DNA from: an uncultured virus (IMG/VR IMGVR_UViG_3300034418_006598)
Lineage: Duplodnaviria; Heunggongvirae; Uroviricota; Caudoviricetes
Strand: one strand, 5' to 3'
Virus record (IMG/VR): IMGVR_UViG_3300034418_006598
DNA: 20,000 nucleotides
The notes under the pieces were generated by a model that did no database searches, was not told the DNA's origin, and was given only the letters and a program-made list of their open reading frames with translations. This document shows, one piece after another, positions 1-7,797 of the stretch. Every line of letters begins with the position of its first letter. Within the stretch, counting starts at the first letter, position 1. The translations under genes were made by a program, and so were the position numbers.

Positions 1-405
1 CGGGAAGTGTTAGATGATGGTTCTGAGGTGATGTTGGAGCCGGATCAGAACGCTGTTCGTACGGTGTTGGGTATTATGGATCGTCGTGCGAAGCTTTTGG
101 GTATGAATGTGGAGCGTGCTGTGGTTGAGTTGCAGATGGATGGGGGTGGTGGGGATACCATTGATGTTCGGAGTAGTTTGGCTGGTGCTGCTGGTGGTGA
201 GGTGTTGGAGACGGGGGAGGCTGCGAAGGCGGAGTCGTTGCAGTTGTTGGAGTTGATGGCTTCGTCTGGGGTTTTGGATGAGGGTGTTGTTGGGGATATT
301 TTGTCTAGTGTTGAGGAGCGTGGTGGTTTGGAGGAGGATAGGGTTGAGTTGGATGATTTGGATGTTGTTGATGCTGAGATTGTTGATGAAAGTGAGGATT
401 TGTGA
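1..405 (+). CDS. Partial (5' truncated) terminase small subunit-like / HTH phage protein with acidic tail
   Basis: Frame is open from base 1. AVRTVLGIMDRRAKLLG resembles the 'vl.imdRRAKLLGl' motif of actinophage small-terminase-like proteins. The stop overlaps the next ATG (TGATG). Confidence 0.5.
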   Translation, partial: REVLDDGSEVMLEPDQNAVRTVLGIMDRRAKLLGMNVERAVVELQMDGGGGDTIDVRSSLAGAAGGEVLETGEAAKAESLQLLELMASSGVLDEGVVGDILSSVEERGGLEEDRVELDDLDVVDAEIVDESEDL

Positions 406-734
406 TGTCTAGTGATTATTTGAAGAAGACGTTGTTGGCTGATGAGGTTGCTCGGGCTGAGGCGGTTGGTGCTGTTGAGGCTGCTTTGGTTGAGTCTGTG
501 GCGGGGTCTGTGGATGAGGTGCGTGATAAGCAGGTGCTTATTCGTGTTTCTGAGTCGCAGCGGGATCAGTGGCAGGAGTGTGCGGAGGCTGATGGTTTGT
601 CGGTTTCTGAGTGGTTGCGTCAGATGGCGGATGCTCGGTGGCGTGAGGTGTTTACGTGTATGCATCCGTTGGAGAAGCGGAAGTCGTATCCGTGGTCTGA
701 GTTTTGTTTGGATTGTGGGTCTCGTTTGCGATAG
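405..734 (+). CDS. Ribbon-helix-helix (CopG/Arc-like) protein with C-terminal Cys/His metal-binding motif
   Basis: QVLIRVSESQRDQWQECAEADGLSVSEWLR fits the RHH pattern; CMH...CLDC tail; translationally coupled start. Confidence 0.6.
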   Translation: MSSDYLKKTLLADEVARAEAVGAVEAALVESVAGSVDEVRDKQVLIRVSESQRDQWQECAEADGLSVSEWLRQMADARWREVFTCMHPLEKRKSYPWSEFCLDCGSRLR

Positions 735-745
735 TTTGGGTACGT

Positions 746-781
746 AAAAGGGGGGACCCTCGTGTGGGGGTCCCCCTTTTT
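746..781. terminator. Bidirectional intrinsic terminator
   Basis: AAAAGGGGGGACCC...GGGTCCCCCTTTTT hairpin flanked by A and T tracts, between a + strand gene and the - strand tRNA. Confidence 0.8.
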
Positions 782-967
782 GCGTTGTTGTTTGTTACAT
801 CCAGCGGCTGCGTGTTTTGGTGAGTTCTCGTTCGAGGTCGTCGGTTCAGAGTCTGCTCCTTTAGGGGTTATCTAACTTTTGGTATACCGTGGTGGGGTTT
901 GCTGGTTTTGGTGTGTGGGGGTGGTTGTGGTCACAGTGGGGATACCATTGGGTGTTGTAGTGGCTTG

Positions 968-1044
968 TGGTGGGGCAGGTGAGGCTTGAACTCACTTTCT
1001 CCGCCGTATAAGGACGGTGCATTTACCCGTTATGCTTCTGCCCC
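968..1044 (-). tRNA. tRNA-Ile (anticodon UAU), CCA encoded
   Basis: Reverse complement folds as GGGGCAG-AA-GCAT AACGGGTAA ATGC-A-CCGTC CTTATAC GGCGG-AGAAA-GTGAG TTCAAGC CTCAC-CTGCCCC-A-CCA; 77 nt; position 8 is A rather than U. Confidence 0.9.
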
Positions 1045-1084
1045 GGGTTTGTGGTAGACTATTTATATATTTTGGAGGTTTGTT

Positions 1085-1306
1085 GTGTCTGATATGAGTT
1101 TTCCGAGGGGGCCGGGTCGTCCGGCGAAGCGTGCGGTTGATGGGTTTGCGGGTTTGTCGTTTCGTGTGGATGCCCGGTTGAAGAATTTGTTGTTGGATAT
1201 TGCTGATGGGTATGACATGTCGATGACTGAGCTTCTTCGTTTGATGGCGTTGAAGGAGGCTGGGTTGGAGTCTCTTGATCAGTTTGAGGAAAATTTGGAT
1301 GAATGA
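1085..1306 (+). CDS. Small RHH-like DNA-binding protein with N-terminal GRP (AT-hook-like) motif
   Basis: GGAGG RBS at 1074-1078; PRGPGRPAK followed by LSFRVDARLKNLLLDIADGYDMSMTELLR. Confidence 0.65.
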   Translation: MSDMSFPRGPGRPAKRAVDGFAGLSFRVDARLKNLLLDIADGYDMSMTELLRLMALKEAGLESLDQFEENLDE

Positions 1307-1647
1307 TGGATGATAGTAATGCTTTGACGAAGCTCCACATTTCTGTTCCTGTTTGGTTGAAAAATGTTTTGCAGGAGGCGGCGGATGAGAAGGGCATGAG
1401 TGTGTCTCAGTTGTGTTGCTTCGTTTTAGATGCGGGCGCTAGGGACACCATTGAGCTTCCGAAGAGGCCGGATCCGGCTGCTCCGGTCCCTACCGTAGTT
1501 GACGTGTTGAGAGGGTACGTTGCTGGCGAGGGCGATAGGTTGATTGGGCCTTGCGGTGATCCGTGGCCTTGTAGTTATGATCCTGAGCAGGAGTTTGTGT
1601 TGGGTGAGTTTCGGTTCTGTCATTTTTGTGATGTGTGCGTAGGTTGA
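1303..1647 (+). CDS. RHH/HicB-C-like DNA-binding protein with Cys-rich C-terminus
   Basis: LHISVPVWLKNVLQEAADEKGMSVSQL pattern; C-x4-C...CHFCDVC tail; ATGA overlap with the upstream gene. Confidence 0.6.
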   Translation: MMDDSNALTKLHISVPVWLKNVLQEAADEKGMSVSQLCCFVLDAGARDTIELPKRPDPAAPVPTVVDVLRGYVAGEGDRLIGPCGDPWPCSYDPEQEFVLGEFRFCHFCDVCVG

Positions 1648-1915
1648 TTCGGGGCGGTTTCCATCTGGGGCTGGTGCGTCTGAGGTAGGCGGCTAGCCGG
1701 GGGTGTCGTTCTTCGGTGGCTGCGGGTAGCCAGACGTGTACTACGGCGTCGAGGGTGCGTAGGTACCGGCAGGGGCTGCCGAACCAGTAGCGGCTGGTGG
1801 CTGGCTTCTCGTGGATGCGCAGGTATCGGCTGACTTGTTGGGCGTTTACGTCCCAGGGGTCGAGGCCGATGCGGTCTGCGAGGATCCGGATGCCGATGTA
1901 GTAGTGGTGGAGCAT
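1490..1915 (-). CDS. Hypothetical protein
   Basis: The start overlaps the upstream stop (TGATG on the - strand). The last ~50 codons overlap the convergent gene 1303-1647. Confidence 0.5.
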   Translation of the reverse strand: MLHHYYIGIRILADRIGLDPWDVNAQQVSRYLRIHEKPATSRYWFGSPCRYLRTLDAVVHVWLPAATEERHPRLAAYLRRTSPRWKPPRINLRTHHKNDRTETHPTQTPAQDHNYKATDHRKAQSTYRPRQQRTLSTRQLR

Positions 1916-2352
1916 CAGGCTGGGAGGGGGTGTTCTCGGACGGTGGTCGCCTCTTCGCTCCAGTCACGGGTGTCGAGCCAGTCTGCAAGGTCTTGTAGGT
2001 CCTTGTAGGTCGCTCCTAGTACTTGCATGGTGCATACGAAGTCGTTGGTTTCGGGTTCGTACATGAATTTCATGTTGGGGTAACGGTAGCTGATTTTTAT
2101 GCCTTCTGTCTTTTGGATTTTACTTAGACGGTCGAGCGGGTTGCTTGGTGACTGGGGGTGGCCACCCAGCCCGAATGGGTCGTGTTCCCGGATACCGGCT
2201 GCCTGATCGAGCCAGTTATGGTCTTCGAGCCAGTCGGCAAACTCATAGATCTCAGTCATGGGCGCTCTTTTTAGTTCCATGCTGATGCGGTAGCCTTCGG
2301 GGGCTTCACTGCTGGGCCAATCTTGAGTGATGGTGATGGTGGATCCTGCCAT
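1915..2352 (-). CDS. Hypothetical protein with two internal repeats
   Basis: AAGGAAA RBS before ATG at 2352; repeats EFADWLEDHNWLDQAAGIREH and DLADWLDTRDWSEEATTVREH. Confidence 0.75.
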   Translation of the reverse strand: MAGSTITITQDWPSSEAPEGYRISMELKRAPMTEIYEFADWLEDHNWLDQAAGIREHDPFGLGGHPQSPSNPLDRLSKIQKTEGIKISYRYPNMKFMYEPETNDFVCTMQVLGATYKDLQDLADWLDTRDWSEEATTVREHPLPA

Positions 2353-2363
2353 GTTGGGTTTCC

Positions 2364-2717
2364 TTAGCTGTTGAGCCATTGGTCGAGGTCGTGGGCGGAG
2401 GTGGTCTGCTGTTCGTAAAGCTCTACGAACGCTTCGACTTTTTCGGCGTTGCGGAAGATCAATGTGAGGTCGTTGTAAATCTTGTTTCGATTATTGTTGC
2501 CCATGTGGAAGTCTGACATCGAGCAGCCGAGGATGGCGTGCTTGCAGGTGTCCATGCCGTAGTGGCGGAGGGCTGTAGCCAGCTTGTCCTTGCGCTTGTC
2601 GTCTAGGACGGTGGAGGTTCGCTTGTTGAAGGTGGTCTTCCAGAAGTCGAACAGGGCTTGTACGTCTTCGAGGGGTGCGCCGTTCCATTCTTGCTGGGGG
2701 AAAAGTTCATCTGTCAT
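2364..2717 (-). CDS. Protein resembling the C-terminal domain of phage replication initiators (alternative start 2741)
   Basis: FDFWK...LDDKRKDKL...YGMDTCKHAI...SDFHMGNN...YNDLTLIFRNAEKVEAF pattern; GGAG RBS before 2717. Confidence 0.55.
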   Translation of the reverse strand: MTDELFPQQEWNGAPLEDVQALFDFWKTTFNKRTSTVLDDKRKDKLATALRHYGMDTCKHAILGCSMSDFHMGNNNRNKIYNDLTLIFRNAEKVEAFVELYEQQTTSAHDLDQWLNS

Positions 2718-2850
2718 TTTTGAAAAGCTCCCGTGTGTCATTTCTTTTTAGTGTAGTGTAGTTAGTGAATGGTTGCTAGGGGTTAGTCACTGTTCGTTGC
2801 ATATCTACAGCTACTGCGGGTCGGGCGTACGGGCTGTAAGAGAACGGGAA

Positions 2851-2887
2851 AGACCCCCGCAGCGAGAGAGGTGCGCTGCGGGGGTCT
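2851..2887 (-). terminator. Hairpin terminator downstream of the vWA gene
   Basis: 14 bp stem AGACCCCCGCAGCG/CGCTGCGGGGGTCT followed by a pyrimidine-rich tract on the - strand. Confidence 0.65.
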
Positions 2888-2893
2888 CCTGTT

Positions 2894-4465
2894 TTAGCTG
2901 GCGATGTGTTCTCGCCAACGCTCTAGGATGCGGGGCTGTGGCTTCTCGCCTGCCTGCAATCCTCGAAGGTAGGTGATGGCATCGTCCACGCTGTATTCCA
3001 TGTGGACGCTGTTGCGGTGTGCAACCTTGGCACATTCCATCTCGTCCATGATGCCGCCTCCGTAGCCTCTGTAGACCATGCCGTCGGTGACCCAGAGGAC
3101 TGGGGCCTTGATGGTCTGCTTGAGGCTCAGGGCGTACTCCAGGGCGGGCAGGTCGTTGCCGTTGCCGCCGGGGAAGCGGGGAAGCTCAGCGCAGATTTTG
3201 CCCTTGTCGGCCAGGAGCCAGAGGTTGTGCTTGGAGTCGGCGGCGAACGATGCCGAGTGGGCAAGAACGGTGCAGCCGGGAGCGGCGAGCATGATGTTCT
3301 TTACCTGATCTTTGCTGAGGCTCATCGAGCCGGACACGTCGATCAGAACGACGCCACCCTGCGACTTGACCTTGCGGTCGAAGATGCGCTTCTCGGGGTC
3401 GGTGAGGTAGCGGACCATCCGGCGAGGGTTGCGTCCGACCTGGGACGGTCCTCGCTTGTAACCGATGGCTCCCTGCACCGTGGTGGTGAGAGGCATCTTG
3501 CGGAGGCTGACGGGGATCCATGAGCCTGAGCCGTAGAGTCCGACGTTGCCTTCGAGGAGCCGCTTGGCTTTCTCCTGAATCTCCTTGCGGTCGATCGGCT
3601 GGTCTTGGTCTGCAAGCTCGGCTGCTTCGGCGTCGCCAGTTGTTCGCTTAAGGTTTTCGGGATCAAGTTCGCTTTCACCTTCGGTGGGTTCAGCGTCCTC
3701 GGTCTCGTCCTGCTGCGGCGGCTTGGGGGGCATCGAGGCGATGGACTCGATCATGAGTGCCATCTCGATGCTGTAGTTCATCCCTTCGATCCGGTCGGTT
3801 TGGACGTTGCGTCCGGTGACATGATCGTAGCTGAAGAACGGAGTGGTGCTGCCGTAGTACCCGAGGGTGCCTGCTTCGTCAGCGTACTTGAAGCTGCCGT
3901 ACTTGCCCTTCTTGATCTTCTTGATCTGGTTTTTCTGGTACTTGACAAGCTCCGATGCGATGGTGCGTGCCGAGTCGGCCCATGCCGGGTTCTCCTTGCG
4001 GATGCCGGAGATGAGCGGGGTGAGGCTGCCGGTGTTGATCGAAGCTGCGACTGCGCAGACGAGTGCGTTCCAGTCGCCCTGCTTTGCGATCATCTCACCT
4101 TCGTGCCGTTCGGAGCCGGTGATGAGGGCTTTCATCGGGAACCCAAGTTCCTGGGCGATAAAGTTTACCCTGGCTTCTTCGGCTGCACGGATGGCGTCTT
4201 CACCGACGGCCTCGTTGACATAGGGGGTAATGTCGGCGGGTGAGACCTTGACATGAACCTGCTCGTGACCACGGATGGCACGGGCAAGCTCGGAGTCGTC
4301 CAACGGGACTCGCATGATGCGTCCGGAGACCGTGATGAACGGTTCGCCTCGGACGGCTTTGGCGTTGCCAACGTCCCAACCACCGCTGTTGCGGAGATCC
4401 TGGCGTCGGAACACTTCAGGCATTGGCCTGTTCTTGTTCTGAATCTGTTCTTCGATGTTAGCCAT
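2894..4465 (-). CDS. Metallopeptidase-like (HExxH) plus von Willebrand factor A domain protein (CobT-like AAA partner)
   Basis: GHEQVH and EEARVN in the N-terminal part; acidic linker; MIDAS motif VLIDVSGS and WVTDG in the C-terminal part; AGAGAGGA RBS before ATG 4465. Confidence 0.8.
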   Translation of the reverse strand: MANIEEQIQNKNRPMPEVFRRQDLRNSGGWDVGNAKAVRGEPFITVSGRIMRVPLDDSELARAIRGHEQVHVKVSPADITPYVNEAVGEDAIRAAEEARVNFIAQELGFPMKALITGSERHEGEMIAKQGDWNALVCAVAASINTGSLTPLISGIRKENPAWADSARTIASELVKYQKNQIKKIKKGKYGSFKYADEAGTLGYYGSTTPFFSYDHVTGRNVQTDRIEGMNYSIEMALMIESIASMPPKPPQQDETEDAEPTEGESELDPENLKRTTGDAEAAELADQDQPIDRKEIQEKAKRLLEGNVGLYGSGSWIPVSLRKMPLTTTVQGAIGYKRGPSQVGRNPRRMVRYLTDPEKRIFDRKVKSQGGVVLIDVSGSMSLSKDQVKNIMLAAPGCTVLAHSASFAADSKHNLWLLADKGKICAELPRFPGGNGNDLPALEYALSLKQTIKAPVLWVTDGMVYRGYGGGIMDEMECAKVAHRNSVHMEYSVDDAITYLRGLQAGEKPQPRILERWREHIAS

Positions 4466-4502
4466 GGTATGTCCTCTCTGATGGCTAGGTGGTGTAATAA
4501 AG

Positions 4503-4551
4503 AGTGTAGCGGCCCGGAGTGGTATTCCAACCTCCGGGCCGCTACTTTTTT
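4503..4551 (-). promoter_or_regulatory. Hairpin-embedded promoter for the vWA gene; reads as an intrinsic terminator on the + strand
   Basis: On the - strand: A-tract, TTGGAA-N16-TACACT within a 14 bp stem GTAGCGGCCCGGAG/CTCCGGGCCGCTAC. On the + strand the stem is followed by TTTTTT. Confidence 0.65.
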
Positions 4552-4624
4552 GGAAAGGCGCCAACCACAACACCTTTCCATTGATGTGCCGGTCAGAACC
4601 CTAACTGACCTTTGGAGGCACGAT

Positions 4625-5353
4625 CTAGATGGTTGGTGTGCTGTCGATGGGCCGCATGGTGTCGATGGCGACTGCCTGCAAGAAGGCGTCGGCACGGTCA
4701 CCGAGGATAACCTTGGCTGCCTTTTCAGTGCCGAGGCGCTGGGACAGCTTGTTGAGCGACTGGAACAGTCGAAGCGACATGCGCTCCGATCCGGCGTCGG
4801 CCATCCGGTCGGCGTAGTCTCGCCATGCCATCGGCAGGGTTTCGAGAGCCAGCGGGTGCGGACGGTCGATGCGGATGCGGACCGGGAAGCGGTCGATGAG
4901 TGCCTGAGGCAGTTCTTCGATCTGCTCGACGTTGGTCGTCATGATGACTTGGTAGCCGTGGGCTGCGGTGTGCTTCTCACCGGTCACGGGATGTTCCCAG
5001 ATGGACGAGCCGTCGGAGTCGGTGATGTTGAGCAGGGTAGCGAACACATCGCCACCGGCCTTGTCGATCTCGTCTACGACGAGTCGGCCACCACTGGTCA
5101 TGGCCTTGACGGCGGCACCTTCGATCCATTCGAAGCCTCCGTCTGCGGACGGCAGGAAGCCGCCGGTAACGTCCATGTTGGTCATGTCGTCGGTGCAGGT
5201 GATGCGGTGCGACTCTTGGGCGTGCATCTTGTTGCAGTGTAGAGCGGTGAACGTCTTGCCGGTCCCGGGGGGTCCGTACAGGATGACTCGATCTACGCCT
5301 GCGTGGATGACCTCTTCAAAGAGCGTCCAGCAGTTGTCATTGTTGTCGTGCAT
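4625..5353 (-). CDS. MoxR/CbbQ/NirQ-type (CobS-like) AAA+ ATPase
   Basis: Walker A GPPGTGKT, Walker B LVVDEIDKA, sensor-1 MTTN, ALIDRF arginine finger; AGAGGAGG RBS before ATG 5353. Confidence 0.9.
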   Translation of the reverse strand: MHDNNDNCWTLFEEVIHAGVDRVILYGPPGTGKTFTALHCNKMHAQESHRITCTDDMTNMDVTGGFLPSADGGFEWIEGAAVKAMTSGGRLVVDEIDKAGGDVFATLLNITDSDGSSIWEHPVTGEKHTAAHGYQVIMTTNVEQIEELPQALIDRFPVRIRIDRPHPLALETLPMAWRDYADRMADAGSERMSLRLFQSLNKLSQRLGTEKAAKVILGDRADAFLQAVAIDTMRPIDSTPTI

Positions 5354-5393
5354 TGTGGTTGCGCCTCCTCTGGCACTTGTTGGTTCCCCCTCT

Positions 5394-5442
5394 AAGGTAG
5401 CGGGGGCTGGGTGGTTTACCAACCTCGTTGTGAAAGTTTTTC
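5394..5442 (-). promoter_or_regulatory. Promoter for the AAA ATPase (same family as the early promoters)
   Basis: AAAAACTTT...GAGG-TTGGTA-N17-TACCTT on the - strand. Confidence 0.65.
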
Positions 5443-5561
5443 TTGTGGCTGGTTGGCTGGGGACACCATTGGCAGTGGTAGACATGTGTCTGCTGCGGGG
5501 GGTGGCTTCAGCGCTGAGTTCGATGGTAGGGGTTGGGGGCCGGTTCGACAACCTGCAAGTG

Positions 5562-5577
5562 TGTGACATATGTCACA
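5562..5577. promoter_or_regulatory. CRP/GlxR-type box TGTGA-N6-TCACA
   Basis: Perfect palindrome TGTGACATATGTCACA in the divergent intergenic region. Confidence 0.55.
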
Positions 5578-5654
5578 TAAGTTGGGGGTGTGAAAGGGTG
5601 TGGTGCACGGTAAGGTGGGTACTGCCATCGACAACCACCTAGAGAGGACAAACC

Positions 5655-5858
5655 GTGGCTACGAAGAAGAAATACACCGTCAAGTTCAGTATCGACTTCT
5701 GTGGCGACTACGGCACCAAAGAGGTCATCGCATACGAAGAGCCTGACATGCACGAGTTGTGGGACATGGCTTTGGAGCATTTCCAGCCCGAGGCCGAGGT
5801 CATTGACGAGGAAGAACTCGAAGAAGGCGACGAAGGATACGAGGAAGAAGATGCCTAA
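5655..5858 (+). CDS. Small acidic hypothetical protein
   Basis: AGAGAGGA RBS, GTG start, very acidic C-terminus. Confidence 0.75.
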   Translation: MATKKKYTVKFSIDFCGDYGTKEVIAYEEPDMHELWDMALEHFQPEAEVIDEEELEEGDEGYEEEDA

Positions 5859-6483
5859 TCTTTGCGGTAACATTTTGTGGATGCGGTTCCCGACGCCAGA
5901 GGAAGCTGAGGCTTTCGTGGTAACCGTTGAGAACGGAGACGGTCTGGCCCGTACGTTCATGCCGATGCCTGAGGTGTTGGAGGGTACACGCTCTCCAACG
6001 CCGGAGGGCGAGTTCGATCCCAACGGACGCTTCCAAGCGTTCGTGGACGACCCGGCCAACGAGTATTGGACTCCCGAGCACTACGAGGAAGAGAAGGCTG
6101 AGCACTACCTGCTGGTCGAAAAGTCTAAGCAGGCTTTCGCTGAGACGACCTTCCACAACTGGTACGATTGGGCCACCGGCTGTTGGGGTACCAAGTGGGG
6201 CGACTACGATCTTCAGATTGAAGCCTATGCCTCGGTTGTCGAAGCATCGTACACGACGGCTTGGGGACCGATGAGCGATTACTTCTTTGAAACTTTGTCT
6301 GAGAAGTTCCCCACGGCTCAGATTCTGATGGACTACGAGGAGCCTGGAATGGGCTTCCAGGGTGCTGCAAGTTTCTTCAACGGGCAGTGTGTGTTTTCGG
6401 AGTCGCAGGAGTATCGTGACTTGAAGTATGCTGCCGAGTTCGCCTTGGACGAGGCTGTCGATAGTTTGGCTAAGGAGAGCTGA
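5851..6483 (+). CDS. DUF1281/YubB ferredoxin-like domain (Api92-like) protein
   Basis: MPNxCxN start, NWYDW...WGTKW, YTTAWGP, LSEKFP and YEEPGMGFQG motifs. Confidence 0.75.
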   Translation: MPNLCGNILWMRFPTPEEAEAFVVTVENGDGLARTFMPMPEVLEGTRSPTPEGEFDPNGRFQAFVDDPANEYWTPEHYEEEKAEHYLLVEKSKQAFAETTFHNWYDWATGCWGTKWGDYDLQIEAYASVVEASYTTAWGPMSDYFFETLSEKFPTAQILMDYEEPGMGFQGAASFFNGQCVFSESQEYRDLKYAAEFALDEAVDSLAKES

Positions 6484-6487
6484 TGAC

Positions 6488-6835
6488 ATGAATACCGACG
6501 ACAACAACCAATACAAGTCCATCGAAGTGGGAAACCAAACCATCATCATGGATGAGGCACAAGCCTTCCATATTCTCCACGCTATGAAGCGAGAGTTCGG
6601 ATGGGCAGGTACCGTGTTCAGCGAGGGCGACATCCGAGAGTCTATCGCAGACCGTCGTGAGGCAGACGACAAGGAGCCTTACACCGACGAACGGATGGAT
6701 GAGGCTGTCGCTGCTGTTATGAACGGCGGTGCTTGGCAAAGGCACATGGAAGAATGGATGTGTCAAGAGGGTTGGGAAGTTCTAGGCACAATCATCTTGG
6801 ACGAAGTGGAATACCCTGAGACAAAGGAGAACTGA
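6488..6835 (+). CDS. Hypothetical protein
   Basis: AAGGAG RBS, acidic composition, tight packing. Confidence 0.75.
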   Translation: MNTDDNNQYKSIEVGNQTIIMDEAQAFHILHAMKREFGWAGTVFSEGDIRESIADRREADDKEPYTDERMDEAVAAVMNGGAWQRHMEEWMCQEGWEVLGTIILDEVEYPETKEN

Positions 6836-6836
6836 T

Positions 6837-7190
6837 ATGGGAGCAACATTTGTGTTCGCTACAGCGGACATCACACAACCCAAAGAATACTGGCAGAACT
6901 ATCTCGGAGAGATGGACGACGGTCAGATGCAATCGTTCATCGACTACAGCGATGAGATGTTCGACTGGGAAGATGCCTTAGATCCTTTCTCCGCTCAGGA
7001 CGTTGCGGAGCGTGTCAGCGAAGCCATTGAGGTGGCCTACGATGACTTCAGGCGAGATGTGGGCTACTGGCAAGAGGGCGACACCCTGTACGCTCTTTCT
7101 GGTGGTCTTAGCTGGGGCGATGAACCCACCGACGCCATGCGTGATCTGATGATCTTCAACTACCTACAAGTTTGGGCGAAAGGAGCCTAA
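6837..7190 (+). CDS. Hypothetical phage protein (SGGLSWGDEPT motif)
   Basis: AAGGAG RBS; tight packing. Confidence 0.75.
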   Translation: MGATFVFATADITQPKEYWQNYLGEMDDGQMQSFIDYSDEMFDWEDALDPFSAQDVAERVSEAIEVAYDDFRRDVGYWQEGDTLYALSGGLSWGDEPTDAMRDLMIFNYLQVWAKGA

Positions 7191-7191
7191 C

Positions 7192-7491
7192 GTGGATTTC
7201 ATTGTTCATCCCGGTACGGGAACCATCATGGCAAGCAGGGAGTGCGTTTGGCTTCCTGCCCATGCTCTAGAGAAAGTCGATCCCGACGATCTTGAGGAGT
7301 TGCAAGACGCTATGGACAAGCACGCTGTCCCGACGGACGGACCGATCCATATCGTCTCTGTCGGCAACGCACACGACGGCATCACCCTGTTCGGTCCGTT
7401 CATCACGGCAGAAGACGCTGGCGACTGGGCCGCACAGAACTGCGTTGACGACTGGCAGGTGGTAACTCCCCAGACAGGAATCTTCTGGTAG
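7192..7491 (+). CDS. Hypothetical protein
   Basis: AAGGAG RBS, GTG start. Its stop TAG forms the start of a polar motif copy. Confidence 0.7.
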   Translation: MDFIVHPGTGTIMASRECVWLPAHALEKVDPDDLEELQDAMDKHAVPTDGPIHIVSVGNAHDGITLFGPFITAEDAGDWAAQNCVDDWQVVTPQTGIFW

Positions 7492-7619
7492 GGACACCAT
7501 AGGTCAGGTTAGAAAGCACCTCTCCTCCACCGGAGGCAGGCAGGGCGGCTCGACCCCTTCGGGGGCGGGCACGCTCTCGCCGGTAGGCCGGACCCCCGTC
7601 GGGGCCTCCCGGCAGGCCG

Positions 7620-7759
7620 TCGGAAAAACTTGGCTGGCGAGGTTGGTAAAGGGTGAAACTCTAGGTACGGTATTGAGTGCTGCCGATAGCAGCCGGGAAA
7701 AACTTTCTCGGAAAAACTTGGCTGGCGAGGTTGGGAAACCTTGCCTGAGCCGATACGGT
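7620..7759 (+). promoter_or_regulatory. Two tandem promoters sharing a 27 bp direct repeat
   Basis: TCGGAAAAACTTGGCTGGCGAGGTTGG at 7620 and 7708; TTGGTA-N17-TACGGT and TTGGGA-N17-TACGGT. Confidence 0.7.
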
Positions 7760-7797
7760 AGTGAATGTCAACAACCCGACCCGAGGAGGTCACCACT

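Noticed and set aside
45..665. 206 aa Ser/Thr/Pro-rich ORF on the - strand
   Set aside because: Shadow of two G/T-skewed + strand genes; low-complexity product.
4466..4573. N-terminal extensions given in the ORF track for the vWA protein, the ATPase (to 5569) and others
   Set aside because: The extensions cross promoter or hairpin elements, and strong RBSs support the downstream starts.
4253..5242. 329 aa + strand ORF and other long antisense ORFs (5800-6672, 7768-8580, 16968-18065)
   Set aside because: They are antisense to well-supported genes with RBS and motifs, as expected in high-GC DNA, and several run through regulatory repeats.
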